Positions 12,656 through 26,093 of a stretch of 64,000 nucleotides of DNA are shown piece by piece. How positions within the stretch are numbered: position 1 is the first letter of the stretch; each line of letters begins with the position of its first letter. Origin of the DNA: Octopus sinensis. Taxonomy: Eukaryota. The notes under the pieces are model-generated. The model worked only from the letters and a program-made list of their open reading frames with translations, searched no databases and was not told the origin of the DNA. The position numbers and the translations under genes were made by a program. The stretch spans positions 7,192,001 to 7,256,000 of the forward strand of contig NC_043011.1 in the NCBI RefSeq assembly GCF_006345805.1, written 5' to 3'.

Positions 12656-12673
12656 GAAAATAATAATAAAGAA

Positions 12674-12718
<45 letters not shown>

Positions 12719-12743
12719 GAAAAATAATATAATAATAATAATA

Positions 12744-12774
<31 letters not shown>

Positions 12775-12862
12775 AGAAAATAATAATAAAGAAAAATAAT
12801 ATAATAATAATAATAATAATATAATAATAATAAAGAAAATAATAATAATAATAATAATAATA

Positions 12863-12893
<31 letters not shown>

Positions 12894-12912
12894 AGAAAAT
12901 AATAATAAAGAA

Positions 12913-12951
<39 letters not shown>

Positions 12952-13075
12952 GAAAATAATAATAGTAATAATAATAATAATAATAATAAAGAAAATAATA
13001 ATAAAGAAAATAATAATAATAATAATAATAATAATAAAGAAAATAAGAATAATATTGTGATAATATTTATTTAAT
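12622..13075. repeat. Compound (AAT)n microsatellite with periodic AAAGAAAAT interruptions
   Basis: Directly visible. Confidence 0.95.
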
Positions 13076-13100
13076 TATTATTTTGTCAGCTGATAAGTCG

Positions 13101-13131
<31 letters not shown>

Positions 13132-15104
13132 GTATATATGGCTATGTTGTGATGTGTCTGTTCTTTGACAGAAAGGCAAAAAAAAATAAAATACAGGTGT
13201 TAAGACATGAATATATTTAAAATAAAATATTAAAGAAATAAAGAAATGTCTGTTCAGTCAGTTGACATAAACGTTTCTGGAGGTCTTCTTTCTGGTGTAA
13301 ACTGCTGCATCATATATTTCGTATTAGATTACATAGATTTATATTATGTTGTATATGTTACACAAAAACTTCTGTATGTTTGAACAGGTCCGTAAGCTGA
13401 GGTGGGGGAACGGTAATTGTAACACTGCAAGCAAAGCTTGTCTTCTTTGGAATGCAGAAGATATTTACAGTTTTCAACGTAACCCTGACCATTCCTTTCC
13501 GTATTTTTCTAATGAAGTTTGTTTTCTGAAAAACCTGAACTAACTTCTCTATGTAGCTTACAAACTTATTGAAATTCTCAAATGTCATCAAACGATTTTG
13601 GCTGTTAAATACCAAAAAACATCTCTTGTAATCACAGGTTTTGATTGTTATTCATGATACGACATACACACCTTGTAAGAACAGTTGAGCTGAAGGATTA
13701 GGAAGTTCGCTTTGCAAACTTGAGGCCCCAGGTTCAATCCCCCTGTATGGCATTTTGCCCAAATGTAATTTTCTATGTGTCAGGTAAACACATAGCTTAT
13801 GAGTAAAATTGGGTTGACAGAAACTGCATGGAAGCCTGCAAGGTGAATTATACCTGGAATTCACAGAATACTCCCTTGTCCATTTAATGTTTCGTGCTGA
13901 TTTTACCTGAGAATTACATGAAGAGTATACATGTCCATAGATTACTCAGCCATTTATGCATTAATTCACAAGCAGGTAACTCTGTTAAGATCAAACAACT
14001 GAATTCTCTTTGCTGAGTGATGCTGATCTGCTACTCAAACATAAGCCAACACAAGGTAAAAAGGCAAATGTCATTATGACACCCAAAAATCTTATAATAC
14101 ATCAGAGTAAACTTAATGTGCCACCCAGTGTGACACCACTCCATGGCCATTTGCAAAGTAAACTGTGTGGAAAACACCCAAGACAAATTCCCAGTCAAAG
14201 GTTTGCCTCTCCTCAAGAAGGGCCCACAAAAGATCAAAAAGGTCATATGTGTTGGCTGTTCTTTATCCTTTAAGTCAGAGATTCCCAAACGTTTTCAGGT
14301 TGCTGCTCCCTAGACACTCAGGTCACATTCCTAACGCCCACCCTCACCCCAATTGCTACCATGAACATAGATCACTTTCTGCCACAAATTCAAGACAACT
14401 GCATTACACGAATAAAACTTAATTTAATCAACCCATTATTTGGGGTTTTTTTTAACATCAGAGCATGATTGTTGCCAGGGTCACGGAGTGGTGCCTGTGC
14501 AGGTAGCACGTAAAAACACCTTTTGAGCATGGTCATTGCCAGAACCACCTGACTGGCCCTCGTGCCAGTGGCAGGAAAAGCACCCACTACACTCTCGGAG
14601 TAGTTGGCGTTAAAAAGGGCACCCAGCTGTAGAAATTTTGCCAGATTGGAGCCTGGTGCAGCCTTCTGGTTCGCTAGTCCTCAGTCAAACCATCCAACCC
14701 ATGCCAGCATGGAAAGTGGATGTTAAATGACGATGATGATGATGATGATCGCCCGCTCCCTTTTGGCCACCCCATTCTGATCCCACTTTTCTTCAATGTC
14801 TACCTGCACCTTACCCCTGTGCCTAAGGGGGACAGTACCACCCACTTTGGGAACCACTGCTTTAAGTCATGTAGCTAAAAGTAAACGGAGAAACCAATGA
14901 CACATTAAAAGCATGCTTTTTATGTGGCACCAGCACCAGTGGGGTTGCCAAGTAACTTGCAAGACACAGACATCTTAGGTGAGAGACACACACACATATG
15001 CAAATACACAAACATACACATGTACACGTACACCTATATGTAAATAAATGTGTGTATGTATATGTGTGTGTGTGTGTGTGCATGTATGTGCATACACACA
15101 CACT

Positions 15105-15408
15105 GGTGGAGGTGCATGGCCTAGTGATTAAAGCAACGGACTCATGGTCGAGGGATTGTGGGTTCAAATCTCAGACCAGGCGGTGTATGTGTTTATGAGC
15201 GAAACACCTAAGCTCCACGCAGCTCCGGCAGAAGGTAATGGTGAACTTCTGATGACTCTTTTGCCACAACTTTCTCTCACTCTTTCCTCCTGCATCTTGC
15301 AGCCCACCTGCGACGGACCGGCGTCCCATCCAGGTGGGGAACCTATACGCCAAGGAAACCGGGAAACCGGCCCTTATGAGCCAGGAATGGCTCGAGAAGG
15401 AACAAACA
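15105..15408 (+). mobile_element. tRNA-derived SINE (G-type body, V-domain-like segment, RTE-like tail)
   Basis: A and B boxes (tggcctagtg, gggttcaaatc); cctgcgacggaccggcgtcccatccagg resembles the V-SINE domain. Confidence 0.65.
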
Positions 15409-16479
15409 CACACACTACATACATTTTCAGCTACAATACAAGCAGGACAAACAGACAGATATTGCTATGCAGGCCATGTTAACATTTCTTTTGCACTGAA
15501 TATCTTTTATCTACATCTGGGTTTTTTTTTATTTATTTTCTTTTATTTATTTTACATTTTTGGTTTAAAAAAAAAATGAAAGAAAATAACTAAAGAATAC
15601 ATATTTACACAAGAATTTTTGTCAAAAGAAAAAAACCTTTTCTTTTTTTGATTTTTGGGTTATTTTATTTTCTGCTAAAAAAATATGAGCTTTTCTTTTT
15701 TATTTTCAGCCTACTTATATTCGTGTTTTATTATTTTTTAATTTTTCCCTTTTATTTCAGATTTTGTGATTATTTAGCAAATATCGTTCTAAATTTTCAA
15801 AGGTTTGTGGGGAGGAGTGGGGAGGATAAAACTTTTTCCTAAATTTGTCATTATTTATTCTGTTTTCATTTTTTTTTTTCTTGTGAAACTTTTTAAAGTA
15901 AAAGTTGCAATAATGAATATTTAAATAAAAATAATAAAAAAACAAACTAAAATTTAAATATAGAAAAATTAAGAACAAAAGACGTTTGTTTCACTTTGTA
16001 ATAATGCCGAAAGAAATGGAATTGTGATGATGACAATGATGATGATGATGATGGTACAAGCGTATCACATTGAATTATTACAATTTTGGAGAAGATTAAG
16101 GCAAGCGAAAGGTGAAGAATTATAAGAAAAATTAAAAGAGGAAGAATTATCATGGAAATTAATAATAATAATCCTTTTTACTAAAGAGACAAGGCCTGAA
16201 ATTTTGGGGGAAGGGACTAGTTGATTACATCGACCCCAGTGTCCCACTGGTACTTAATTTATCGATCCCGAAAGGATGAAAGGCAAAGTCGACCCTCAGC
16301 GGAATTTGAACTCGGAATGTGAAGATGGATGAAATACCGCTAAGCATTTCGTCCACCGTGCTAACGATTTCTGCCAGTTCGCCGCCTTAAAGAAATTGAT
16401 AAAATAAGGATAACAAGAAATTCAAAGAGCAGCGCCATCTTGAATTTCTTGCAGAAAGGATGTTGCCTCAAATTATATT

Positions 16480-16690
16480 ACTTATTTACACACACACACG
16501 CGCGCATACGAACACACACGCACACATACACACACACATACATCCATACACACACACACGCGCACGCACACATGCACACACACACACATTCATCCATACA
16601 CACACACATATACATCCATCCACACACACACACACATCCATCCATACACACACACACACACATCCATACACACACGCACACACACACATA
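16480..16690. repeat. Compound (CA)n/(CATC) microsatellite
   Basis: Directly visible; source of the His/Thr and Cys/Val pseudo-ORFs. Confidence 0.95.
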
Positions 16691-17563
16691 GAGGGTGTGA
16701 TGAGTAAAGTGTCATCATTTTATATTTTTAATTTCACGCATGCACATTGTTTGTTTTTGATTTTGTCCGCTACACAGTATAGTAGGGTCAGTTGGGCACC
16801 GTCTGTGGGAAAAAAAGCACCATGACGCAATTCACTCTGCCAGAAATTTGGAAAAGGACAGGCTGTACTGCTTGGCATTTGCACTTGAAGCTCCAATACG
16901 AACATTTCAGAGTGTTTGGGTTGTCAGTCCGAGGACATGCACCGAGAGTGATAAAAATCAAATATCCAGTCAACATCAGTGTTTGGAGTGATCACTAATG
17001 ATGGCAACGTTATGCCTCCATTCATCTTCCCACACAGCCTCAAACTCAACGCGGAGGCCTACATCAAGTGTTGGTTGGAGGTAGTGCTGCCCTGGGTCAA
17101 GAGGGAAACTGCTGGAAAACCCTATATCTGGCAACTGGACTCTGCACTCTGCCACACGAGCAGGAGAACCCACTCATGGCTGTCAGACAATTCCTGCAAC
17201 CACATCACCCCTAATATCTGGCCACCTAACTCCCCAGACTGCAACCCCCTTCATTATTATGTGTGGGGCGCAGGTGAGTGAGAGACCAACAAAACTTCTT
17301 GTAACAGCAAAGATGAATTGAAGGCAAGGATTATGACAGCATTCACCAACTTAAAGAAGGAGACCATCCAGAAGAGTTGCAGGAGATTCCGAAGTCTTCT
17401 GGAGGCCATGGTTGAAGCCAATGACGATTTTATTGAATAAATTTACTCTTTAGTATTTCAAGATATTTTTATGTAATTTTGGTAAATATATTTGTTAAAA
17501 TGAGATGTCAGTGTTATTTTCATTTTTGCATAATTTAAACGACAGTTTATTCACTGCACCCTG
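16691..17563 (+). mobile_element. Internally deleted Tc1/mariner element, DD37D (maT) type, defective transposase
   Basis: WQLDSALCHT...WPPNSPDCNPL(H)YYVW has 37 residues between the second D and the third catalytic position (mutated to H). Degenerate TIRs gagggtgtgatgagtaaagtgtc / gacagtttattcactgcaccctg, with TA on both sides. Confidence 0.8.
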
Positions 17564-17687
17564 TATGTATATATATATATATATATATATATACATACCT
17601 ATATATATATACATATACACACATATATATATACTACATATATATATATACATATATACATACATATATATATATATATAACTATAT

Positions 17688-17718
<31 letters not shown>

Positions 17719-17754
17719 TACTATATATATATAAATACATACATATATACATAA

Positions 17755-17798
<44 letters not shown>

Positions 17799-18872
17799 TT
17801 TCATTGTAAATGCAATTTGTCTTGTGACAAGTTTCATGCCACTTCAGGCATTCTCACCTGAAGATTGCACTGGCATGAAACTCAAGTTATGTGATAAACA
17901 CTTATTTTCGGTTTCAATATAAGAAAATCTATATCCTCTACATGTATAGAGCACTCTTCTATTATTCATCTAACATAAACGAACATATTCTCATATACAC
18001 ACAAATACATGCACAAAAATGTATGTGGGTATGTGTGTCTCTCTCTCTCTATATATATATACACACACACACACACACATTTTAAAATGTTATTCAAAAT
18101 TGTGTGTGTTTGTGTGTGTGTTACTGTCAGACTTGAACCATTAAGTGATAAATAATCCTCTCTTTTCTACTATAGGCACAAGGCCAGAAATTCATGGGGA
18201 GGAGATAAGTCAATTACATCAACCCCAGTACTCAACTGGTACTTAATTTATCGACCTCGAAAGGGTGGAAGGCAAAGTCGACCTCAGTGGAATTTGAATT
18301 CAGAACATAAAGACTGACAACATGCTGATGACCATTTCGCCTGGCATGCTAACGGTTCTACCAGCTGACCAGCCCTAGATTAAGTGATATATAATGACAA
18401 ACATTTACTGACCACATGACCCGACACAAGTAACAGCAGAGTCAAGTTTATTATATAAATACATTGAAAATGGTTTCAAGTTTCCCTGATTAAAGTTGAT
18501 CCAAGCAGTAACATTGAACCCTGGACCATGTCATGGTTGAGTGAACTTTTTAAACACACGACTACTTTTACATCGTACATCGAATGGATATATAGTTTTG
18601 TACACTTACAGGTTTCGTTTAGTGGAGCACAGTGATGCTGGGGCATTGCAAGGGCTTTCAGTTGGTTGGGACAACCCTGGTCTTTTGTTTCATATCTGTT
18701 TTATTCACCATGGAAGGAGGACAAAGGGAATAGTTAACTGGATGTAAGATGGGGCAATGGAGTCAGAACGTAACACCAGAAGTGTTATTTCTGTTCAACA
18801 CACCAATTCTTGTACCATTCCATGTTCATACACAAACCATTTTGTGCATGTCTGTGTACTATATATTTATAT

Positions 18873-19075
18873 ACTCTTTTACTTGTTTCAGTCATTTGAC
18901 TGCGGCCATGCTGGAGCACCACCTTTAACCGAGCAACTCGACCCCGGGACTTATTCTTTTGTAAGCCCAGTACTTATTCTATCGGTCTCTTTTGCCAAAC
19001 CACTAAGTAACGGGGACATAAACACACCAGCATCGGTTGTCAAGCAATGCTAGGGGGACAAACAGACACACAAAC

Positions 19076-19106
<31 letters not shown>

Positions 19107-19263
19107 CATACATATATACGACAGGCTTCTTTCAGTTTCCGTCTACCAAATCCACTCACAAGGCTTTGGTCGGCCCGAGGCTATAGTAGAAGACTTACCC
19201 AAGGTGCCACACAGTGGGACTGAACCCAGAACCATGTGGTTGGTAAACAAGCTACTTACCACA
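18873..19263 (-). mobile_element. SINE family A, intact
   Basis: Near-identical to other A copies. Confidence 0.9.
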
Positions 19264-19532
19264 TATTTTTTTACTTATTTCAGCAATTAGACTGATGCCA
19301 TCCTGCAGCACCACCTTGAAGAATTCTATCAGTCTCTTTTGCTGAACTGCTAAGCTATGGGAGTGTAAACACACCAACACCAGTTGTGAAACTGTGATAG
19401 AGGACAAACGTAGACACAAAACACACATATATATATATATATATATATATCTAATATAGGATAAAATTTTTCAAAAAAAATTTTATCAATGGCCAGCATA
19501 TTAAAAAATACCTCTAAAAGTTAAATTTATAA

Positions 19533-19938
19533 ACAACTTATAAACAAGGGCAAAAGAAAACAAAATTCTAATGCCAAATATGCCGAAACTAGACACATTG
19601 TCCATAACCATATAATTCATCACTATAAGCATGCGTCTCGAAGAAAGCTGACAGAAATATCTAAAAAATTCCATTATTATCATATCGGACCCAATTTCAG
19701 AGTTAATTCATAAGAACCTTCTTTTTGTCAGTATAAGTCAGTATTTCATTTATTTCTTTGCCGCATTTATCACTGAAATCGGGTCTGATATGATAATAAC
19801 GGAATTTTTTAGAAATTTCTGTCGCCTTTCTTCGAAACACGTGCTTATAATGATGAATTATATGGTTATGGACAACGTGTCTAGTTTTGATATATTTGGC
19901 ATTAGAAATTCTTTTCTTTTGCCCTTGTTTATAAGTTG

Positions 19939-19939
<1 letters not shown>
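19533..19939. repeat. Foldback inverted repeat (about 168-bp arms, about 72-bp spacer) inside the (TA)n of an old SINE A
   Basis: acaacttataaacaagggcaaaag...atttcag is the reverse complement of ctgaaatc...cttttgcccttgtttataagttgt, with scattered mismatches. Confidence 0.9.
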
Positions 19940-19982
<43 letters not shown>

Positions 19983-20481
19983 TTATATATATAACTGGCT
20001 TCTTTCAGTTTCCATTTATCAAATCCACAGACAAGGCTTTATTCAGCCCGTAAGACACCTGCCCAAGATGCCACACAGTGGGACAGATCCCAGAACCAAG
20101 TGGATGGGAAACAAACTTCTTACAACACAGCCATACTGAATTTAATATCATTAGTTCAACAATATATTTTGTAAGACTATAAAAAAATTACGGATTAAAT
20201 ATTCTATTCACTTTCAGACTTATCTGAGTTCTTCATCTTAAGAGGTCAGACATAACTTCTTTTGAACTTGTCACCACCTTGAAAACACACACACATACAC
20301 ACAGTTAATTAACGAACTTAGACACAATTTCTCTCTTAGACATTTTCACTCAAGCCATAAGTTGAACCGATGCGATGGTAGAAGATACATGTCCAAGGTA
20401 CCACATAGTAGGTCTGAACCAGGGGTTACGTGGTTGTAAAACAAACTTCTTTACCACAAAGCTATGCTTGCACCCTATATA

Positions 20482-20898
20482 TATTTCTTTATTGCCCACA
20501 AGGGGCTAAACATAGAGGGGACAAACAAGGACAGACAAAGGGACTAAGTCGATTACATCGACTCCAGTGCGAAACTGGTGCTTAATTTATCGACCCTGAA
20601 AGGATGAAAGGCAAAGTTGACAGCAGCGGAATTTGAACTCAGAACGTAACGGCAGACGATATACCTATTTCTTTACTACCCACAAGGGGCTAAACACAGA
20701 GAGGACAAACAAGGACAGACAAACGGACTAAGTCGATTATATCAACCCCAGTGCATAACTGGTACTTAATTTATCAACCCCGAAAGGATGAAAGGCAAAG
20801 TCGACCTCGGCGGAATTTGAACTCAGAACGTAACGGCAGACGAAATACGGCTATGCATTTCGCCTGGCATGCTAACGTTTCTGCCAGCTGGCCACCTT
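20482..20898 (-). mobile_element. Tandem dimer of SINE family B
   Basis: Two direct copies joined at about 20663. Confidence 0.85.
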
Positions 20899-22744
20899 CT
20901 TGCACCCTATATATTCACACAAACACACAGCTTCTAGTTTCGACTTAGCAGTCTAAACAAACTTTCCGACCAAATTACTAAAAAATGCTTAAATGAATCC
21001 AACTTGCTTTTTTTTTTTTTTGTTTAACACTGAATAACCAAATGTGAAAGGGAAAAAAAAACAAGAAACAGCAAAAAAATCTGTCATATTTATTATAATT
21101 CGAAAAAAAATGTTACCATAGCGATATATTTTACATGAGAATAAAAATGATAGCTAACACAGTGACAAAGTTATACATTTTAGGGGAGACAGCAGATGAT
21201 TAAATCAACTCCAATATTTGAATAGTACAACAGTACTGTATTTTAATTGACCCCGGGAGGATGAAAGGCAAAGTCGACCCCATCAAGATTTGAACTCACA
21301 ATGCAAAGAGACATGGTTAAGTACCACAATGCATTTTGTCTGATGCTCCACCGATTTTACCAGTTCATTACCCCTCAAACATTATTCTTATTACATGAGA
21401 ATAATATGAAGAATTTGTTGCTTAGATACAAGACAAACAGTTGAAAAGGGAGGGATTTGATTAATTAGGACTTAACTGCTATTACTAGCATTTCATTGAC
21501 CTAGTATCCTGCCACTTTTGTCCTTCACTTGCGGCAAAGTGAGAACATACAGAGACATTGGGTCGAACTGCCCATGTTTCACTTGACTCCCATATCAGGA
21601 TCAGCAGATCAAATCACTGGGAGAGCATGAGGAGGTGTATGTGTGTGTGTATGTGTGTGAGGGGTGGGGCAATATGAGGTGAGGAACGGTCACTTGAGAG
21701 TGAAGGAAAAAATGTAAAGAAGAGTGACCTTAAGTGAGCGGGACAGGATTGCCAAAACATTAAAATAATGTTTTATTTTTAATAATAATAATAATAATAA
21801 TAATAATTTTGGCACAAAGCCAGCAATTTTGAAGGAAGGGAATTAGTCGATTACATCAACCCCAGTACTCAACTGGTACTTTTTCCACTGATTTAGAAAA
21901 GATGAACGGCAAAGTTGACCTCGGTGGAATTTGAACTCAGAATGTAAAGAACCAAGAAACACTGCTAAGCATTTTGTTTGATATGTTCTTCATTCTGGCA
22001 GCTCACCACCTTTAATATCAATAATTAATAATAATAATTAATAATAATAATAATAATAATGATGATGATGATGATGATGATTTCTGAAATTGATACAAGA
22101 CTATAAATAATGTAGCGTGTATATATGGGAAGCGGGATGGGTGAAATACTCAAAGTGACCCCAGCATTACTTGACCAATAGTTATTTTATCAACATCCAC
22201 TCACCCAAGAAGGATGAAAGACAAAAAAAAAATTTTTTTAATTGAAAAAAAAAAAAATTTTTAATTGAAAAATTTTTTTTTTAAATTGAAAATAAAAATT
22301 TTTCTTAATTAAAAAAAATAAATAAATAAGAATAAAAATACAAACAAAGACCTTCGCAGGATTTGAACTCAGCATCAAAAGAAGACATTTTTGTCCAGTA
22401 CTTCACCACTTCTGCCAATGTTAATAATAATTGTTTCTGATTTAGGCACAGGGCCAGAAATTATGAAGAAAGGAGAGTGGAGTTAATTGACACCATAGAC
22501 CTTAGTATGTGACTGGTACTTTAGTTCAACGACCCAGAAAGGATGATAGGCAATGCCGACATTGGTGGGATCTGAACTCAATAATAATAACAATAGTAAT
22601 AATAATAATAATAATATTGAAATAATAATTTTTTACTTTGGCCCAAGGCCACCAATTTGGGGGGGCGGGGGGCGGTTAGTAGATTAAATTGACCCCAGTA
22701 CTACTATTACTACAACTACGACTACTACGACTACTACTAAAAAC

Positions 22745-22776
<32 letters not shown>

Positions 22777-23157
22777 GAGATATCTTTATCAAAGAAACCA
22801 AAATAATTTTAAAAAAGAGGTATGAAATATGAAAAAAAACCCAAATAATTTGAAACTAAAACATTGTATGAATGTCTCCCAAGATTACCATTGCCATACA
22901 GTGGTACCATCTAAATTTTCACTGCTACAATTTCTTTAAAAAAAAAAAATTCAGAACATTCTTTCTTGCTGGGTTTTTAAAAAAATCTCTTTTAATAATA
23001 TTTCAATTTAACTAAATTTAAACTTGGGAAATTTGAATAAATTTATACACCATGGCAGAGCAAAGAGAATTGGATATTAAAATGCTTATGGTAGCACTGA
23101 ACATTGTTATATATATATATATGTGTGTGAGTATGTGTGTGTGTGTGTATATATATA

Positions 23158-23250
23158 TAATGATAATAATAATAATTTGAGGGAATATTATTCCTAACTT
23201 ACAGGGAAAAATTCAATTTAGAAATACTAAATCAAGTTTCACAAAATATA

Positions 23251-23287
<37 letters not shown>

Positions 23288-23476
23288 TAGAAAAAAACAC
23301 CTTTTATCAATTCAAAATGAACAATAAAATTACACATCTAGAAAATTACATATATTAATAAGTTTTAAAATATATTCCTTTCTAGATGGTATAGGAATAT
23401 CCTTCAAAGATGAATTCCAAAAGAGTGGTTTTATTTTACCTGTAAGTTCCTTGAATTGATAAAAGGTGTTTTTTTA

Positions 23477-23482
<6 letters not shown>
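23158..23482. repeat. Unclassified composite repeat (block X, (TA)n, block Y with 25-bp inverted ends)
   Basis: aaaaaaacaccttttatcaattcaa / ttgaattgataaaaggtgttttttt; second copy at 57818-58022. Confidence 0.75.
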
Positions 23483-23531
<49 letters not shown>

Positions 23532-24254
23532 TATTGCATCTGATTTGGTTTGTAAGAATCTTGATTTGAACTTAATTTCAAACATATTTTGTAGTATCCC
23601 AGGAGGGTCATCATGCCAATAATAACCACACACACACATGCACTGGTTTTATTTCACTTTGATATTTATTTGTCAATTGGTTAATCATTTAATCAACTAA
23701 TCAAACGATTTGAAAACTTGTTTGGTCACTCAACCAATCAGTCAGCTTTGTCAAAGTTCTTTTGTCGCCATTTGTGACCTCATCAATGACAGCCTCTTGA
23801 CTCCAGGCCTGGGATTAGTTAAGCAGTTTTACTTCTGTGCTAGCATGTGTTAGATGAATACATTGTTGAGACATTGTTTCACAGCCAGATGCCTTTCCTG
23901 TTGCTAACCCTTGCCTGTTTTTCAAGAAAGTTATCTCTTCTTTCACATGCCTTTGAGCAGAGGGTTTGCTGACAGAAGTGACAACATCCCTCAAAGCGAA
24001 TGCCTGTCACAGGGTACAAAAAGGGTAATAAAAAAAAAAACCAAACATGCAGACAGATACATTCACAACAAGCTTTTTTTCAGTTTCTACATACCAAATT
24101 CAATCTCAAGATTTCAGTCGTTCCAGGGCCACAGAGGAAGACACTTCTGCAATGTGCTGCATTGTGGGACAATTATCTACACCCCCCACCCACCACACCA
24201 CCTGGAACTAATTCCATAACTAACCTACAACCACAGAGCTGGAAAGTGAATGTC

Positions 24255-25155
24255 TTAATCACACATCCACACACACACATAACACATACAACTACACACA
24301 CACACACATAATGAATGCAACTACACACACACAATGCATACAACTACACACACACAGTCACATAAGGCATACAACTACACACACACACAATGTATGCAAC
24401 TACACACACACAGTCACATAAGGCATACAACTACACACACACACAATGTATGCAACTACACACACACACATAATGAATGCAACTAAAAACACACACATAT
24501 AATGCATACAACTACACACACACAATGCATACAACTCAACACACACATATAAGGTATGGAACTAACACACCACATAACGCATACAACTAAACACACACAC
24601 ACACACAATGCATACAACTACAACACACATATAAGTATGGAACTACACACCACACATAACGCATACAACTACACACACACACACACACACACAATGCATA
24701 CAACTACACACACACATATAATGTTGGAACTACACACACACAAACGATACAACTACACACACACACACACACCCAATGCATACAACTACACACACACCTA
24801 TAAAGTATGAACTACACACACACATAACGCATACAACTACACACACAACACCACAATGCAATACAACTACCACACACATATAATGTATGGAACTACACAC
24901 ACACATAACGCATACAATACACACACACACACACACACAATGCATACAACTACACACACACATATAATGTATGGAACTACACACACACATAACGCATACA
25001 ACTACACACACACACACACACAATGCATACAACTACACACACACATATAATGTATGGAACTACACACACACATAACGCATACAACTACACACACACACAC
25101 ACATAATGTATACAACTACACACACATATAATGCATACAACTACACACACACACA
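24255..25155. repeat. Minisatellite built on AATGCATACAACT(AC)n with ATAATGTATGGAACT variants
   Basis: About 900 bp of 20-30-bp units, directly visible. Confidence 0.9.
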
Positions 25156-25553
25156 CAGCCATACCAAGGTAACAAATAAACCCTGCCAACTTTGTACTAA
25201 CAAATCCTTCCACATTCTCACATTCATGGACAAAATTCTGAACTGAAATTCTAAACTCGTCTCTTCATGCAAACACAGAATCTTAAAATCATTAAAAAAC
25301 ATTTCAAACCAATCCCTTTTTCTAAACATGTTCATATCTCACCAACTCCCCTCTCTCCACCAACACCATAAACTATCCCCATAATACATATGTATATGTG
25401 TGTGTGTGTGTGTGTATAATAAATCTCTGAGCGAGATATAAACAGTAGCAGCACAAGGCCACTAATTTTTTTTTGGTGGGGGGAAGGGTGTTAGTAGATT
25501 AAATTGACTCCAATACTACTATTACTACAATTACGACTACTAAAAACTAATAA

Positions 25554-25775
25554 TAAATGTGGCTAACCCTCAAGGGTCAATGCTACTGTAGCTTGTTAGC
25601 CCCAGAAAAACTGGCTATTGACACACTATCTTTGCCCTGTCAGTATCTGCAAAGGGAAGTCTCCGTCCCCATCTCCAGCCTGATGTCAACAGTGTGTCAA
25701 TAGGCAGCTGGAGGAGATGTCTTCCTGAGACTACAAGCTACAGTGGCTTGACCCTTAATGGGTTAGCCACATTTA
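25554..25775. mobile_element. MITE-like hairpin (about 220 bp)
   Basis: taaatgtggctaaccc..aagggtcaa..tgtagcttgt / acaagctaca..ttgaccctt..gggttagccacattta, plus inner arms ctattgacacact / agtgtgtcaatag. Confidence 0.7.
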
Positions 25776-26093
25776 GGTGACAAATATACTTCACGATACA
25801 CATATATATATATTTATTTATTTAGAGAGAGATATCTACACACACACAATATATAGGACAACCTGTGTGATATGCGGCACAGTTTGGAGAACTGATTTCA
25901 GGCTCAAAAGACTCAAAGCAATTTCATTAATCCTTTGTGGAAAGCACAACTTTCCTGTCCCTTGTGCCGTAACCATGCCGATCTGTGGCTTATTTATAAA
26001 GTCATGGACAAGAAAAGGGACAACAATGGTGAAACGAAGAGAGATGGCAATCATTTACAAAGATGTTGCTATCATATACATACATACATATGC

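Noticed and set aside
13358-13615. 85-aa minus ORF in unique sequence
   Set aside because: Weak splice sites and no recognisable family.
15480-16010. Hydrophobic Phe/Ile-rich ORFs
   Set aside because: Extremely AT-rich low-complexity sequence, possibly low consensus quality.
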